From: Felis catus
Lineage: Eukaryota
Reading direction: 5' to 3'
Assembly: GCF_018350175.1 (NCBI RefSeq)
Contig: NC_058382.1
Coordinates: 49,850,001 to 49,914,000 of the forward strand
Length of the DNA: 64,000 bases
Of this stretch, positions 62,100 through 64,000 are shown piece by piece. The position numbers and the translations under genes are program-made. The notes beneath the pieces were generated by a model, which worked only from the letters and a program-made list of their open reading frames with translations, was not told where the DNA came from and ran no database searches. Positions within the stretch are counted from its first letter, which is position 1; every line of letters starts with the position of its first letter.

Positions 62100-64000
62100 A
62101 AGTAGCATCTAGTTTCACCCAACTCTAGTCCTTAAAATACACTAGCAAGATTTTACAGATGAATTTTATCAAACTATGTAAAGAATCCTTAACCCTTTCT
62201 TAAGCTTGCAGAGATTAGAAAAAGGGAATAATCACAAATTCATTTTGAGAATTAAAATCTTAATGCCCAAAACTTTGTAAGAGAGAAAAATTAGATCTCA
62301 TTTATCAACAGAAAAATCCTAAATAAATTACTAGTATATAAAATTTAGTAGTGTACTAAAAAATCATGACCAGGTAGAGCTTAGCTCAAGAATGGGTTAT
62401 ATAGTCCATCATTCTGTCTATGAATAAAATATTCCAAACTGGGGTGCCTGGATGGCTCAGTCAGCTAAGCATCCAACTCTTGATTTTGGCTCAAGATCAT
62501 GATCTCACGATTGGTGGGATCCAGCCCCATGTCCTCGGGCTCTTTGCTGTCAGTGCGGAGCCTGCTTGGGATTCTCTCTCTCTCTCGCCCTCTCTCTCTG
62601 CCTCACCCTCACTCGCATGCATGCTCAACTCACTCTTTTTTTTTTCAAGTTTTTAAAATGTTTATTAAAATTAAAAAAAATTTTTTTTTTAATTTTTAAA
62701 GTTTATTTATTTTGAGAGAGAGAGAGAGACAGCAAGCAGGGGAGGGGGAGAGAGAGGGAGAGACAGAATCCCAAGCAGACTCTGTGCTGCACAGAGCCTG
62801 ATTCAGGGCTTGAACTCATGAAACCAGGAGATCATGACCTGAGCTGAAACCAAGAGTCAGATGCTTAACTGACTGAGCCACTCAGGTGCCCCTGTTTATT
62901 TATTTTTGAGAGAGATAAAGAGAGAGAGAGAGAGAGAGAGAGAGACAAAGCATGAGTGGGGGAGGGTCAGGGAGAGAGGGAGACACAGAATCCGAAGCAG
63001 GCTCCAGGCTCTGAGCTGTCAGCACAGCGCCAGATGTTGGGGCTCGAACTCATAAACCGTGAGATCATGACCTGAGCTGAAGTCGGACGTTTAACCGACT
63101 GAGCCACCCAGGCGCCCCTCTCTCTCTTAAAATAAGAAATAAACTTAAAAAAAAAATACACCAAATTAATAACTGAAGGGGAAAAACTATATGATCATCT
63201 CATAGATGAAGAAAAAAACACCAGAAATAACTCAAAATCCATGCATAAGTTTTAAAAAACCTCTTAGCAAATAGAAGGGTACTTCTTTAACTTGATAAAG
63301 GGAACCCATAAATCTACAACAAATATGACTATTATTATTTTTTAAATGTTTGTTTAGTTAGAGAGAGAGTGCATGCACACACATGCTCTGGTAGGGCAGA
63401 GAGAGAGAGAAAGAGAGAGGGAGCAAGAGAGAATCCCAAGCGGGCTCTGCGCTGTCAGTGCAGGGCTCAAACTCATAAATGGTGAGATCATAACCGAGCT
63501 GAAATCAAGAGCCAGATGCTTAACCAACTGATCCACCTGGGTGCCCCAACAGCAAATATTTAAAGCTATGGTAAATAAGGTAATATGATAGCTACTGATA
63601 CTGGGATAGACAAGTACTCTAATGGAACAGAACCCAGAAATAGATCTGTATAGAAAACATACGTCAGAGGTGGCGTGACAAATCAGGAGAGAAATGAAGA
63701 ACCAGTCAACAAATACAAATTGTACTGTGAAGTCGGAGGGATGAACTTTATGGCATGTGAACTTTATCTCAATATTCTCAATTAAAGCTATTAAAAAAGA
63801 CTGCTGTCACTGCTCTGCTTCTCCTCAACACTGTCCTGGCATAAAAGCAATACAGTAAGAGAGGAAAAGTAAATGAGAGGCATAACAATCAGAAAGGAAG
63901 ACTAAACTGTTCTTAAATGTAGACAGTGATAATCTACACAGAAAAATCCAAGAGAATCTGTAAAACTTAGAACAAGTCAGAAAGTTCAGCATGGTTGCTG
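62100..64000 (+). mobile_element. Old L1 ORF2 fragment hosting a triple SINE nest (62441-63156) and a SINE at 63338-63547 (-)
   Basis: L1 ORF2-like motifs (atatgatcatctcatagatgaagaaaaa; aatggaacagaacccagaaataga; ctgtaaaacttagaacaagtcagaaagttcagcatggttg); SINE bodies. Confidence 0.7.

Noticed and set aside
59420..64000. Expected next gene (ADAT1 by human synteny)
   Set aside because: No recognisable exon here; the region is SINE/L1/LTR-derived.

Overview
Mammalian genomic DNA, almost certainly a felid: about 48 tRNA-derived Can-SINE (SINEC_Fc-like) copies plus carnivore L1 3' ends. The window holds the conserved block TMEM170A (first coding exon only, minus), CHST6 (single 395-aa coding exon, minus), TMEM231 (7 coding exons, 316 aa, minus) and GABARAPL2 (4 coding exons, 117 aa, plus). 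Coding exon boundaries were read directly from splice motifs and give intact frames. I found no wholly new biological system. The most notable observations: (1) a U12-type AT-AC last intron in TMEM231; (2) a single CHST5/6 gene, i.e. the pre-primate-duplication arrangement; (3) a candidate upstream CHST6 exon with an in-frame ATG giving a CHST5-like N-terminal extension, which would also accept in-frame TMEM231 read-through splicing; (4) a strong-context TMEM231 upstream ATG inside an RFX X-box that opens a 148-aa overlapping frame; (5) an overlapping uORF in TMEM170A; (6) a candidate stop-containing cassette exon in GABARAPL2; (7) several multi-level transposon nests. Gene and repeat names come from recalled sequences, not database searches, and repeat boundaries are approximate.
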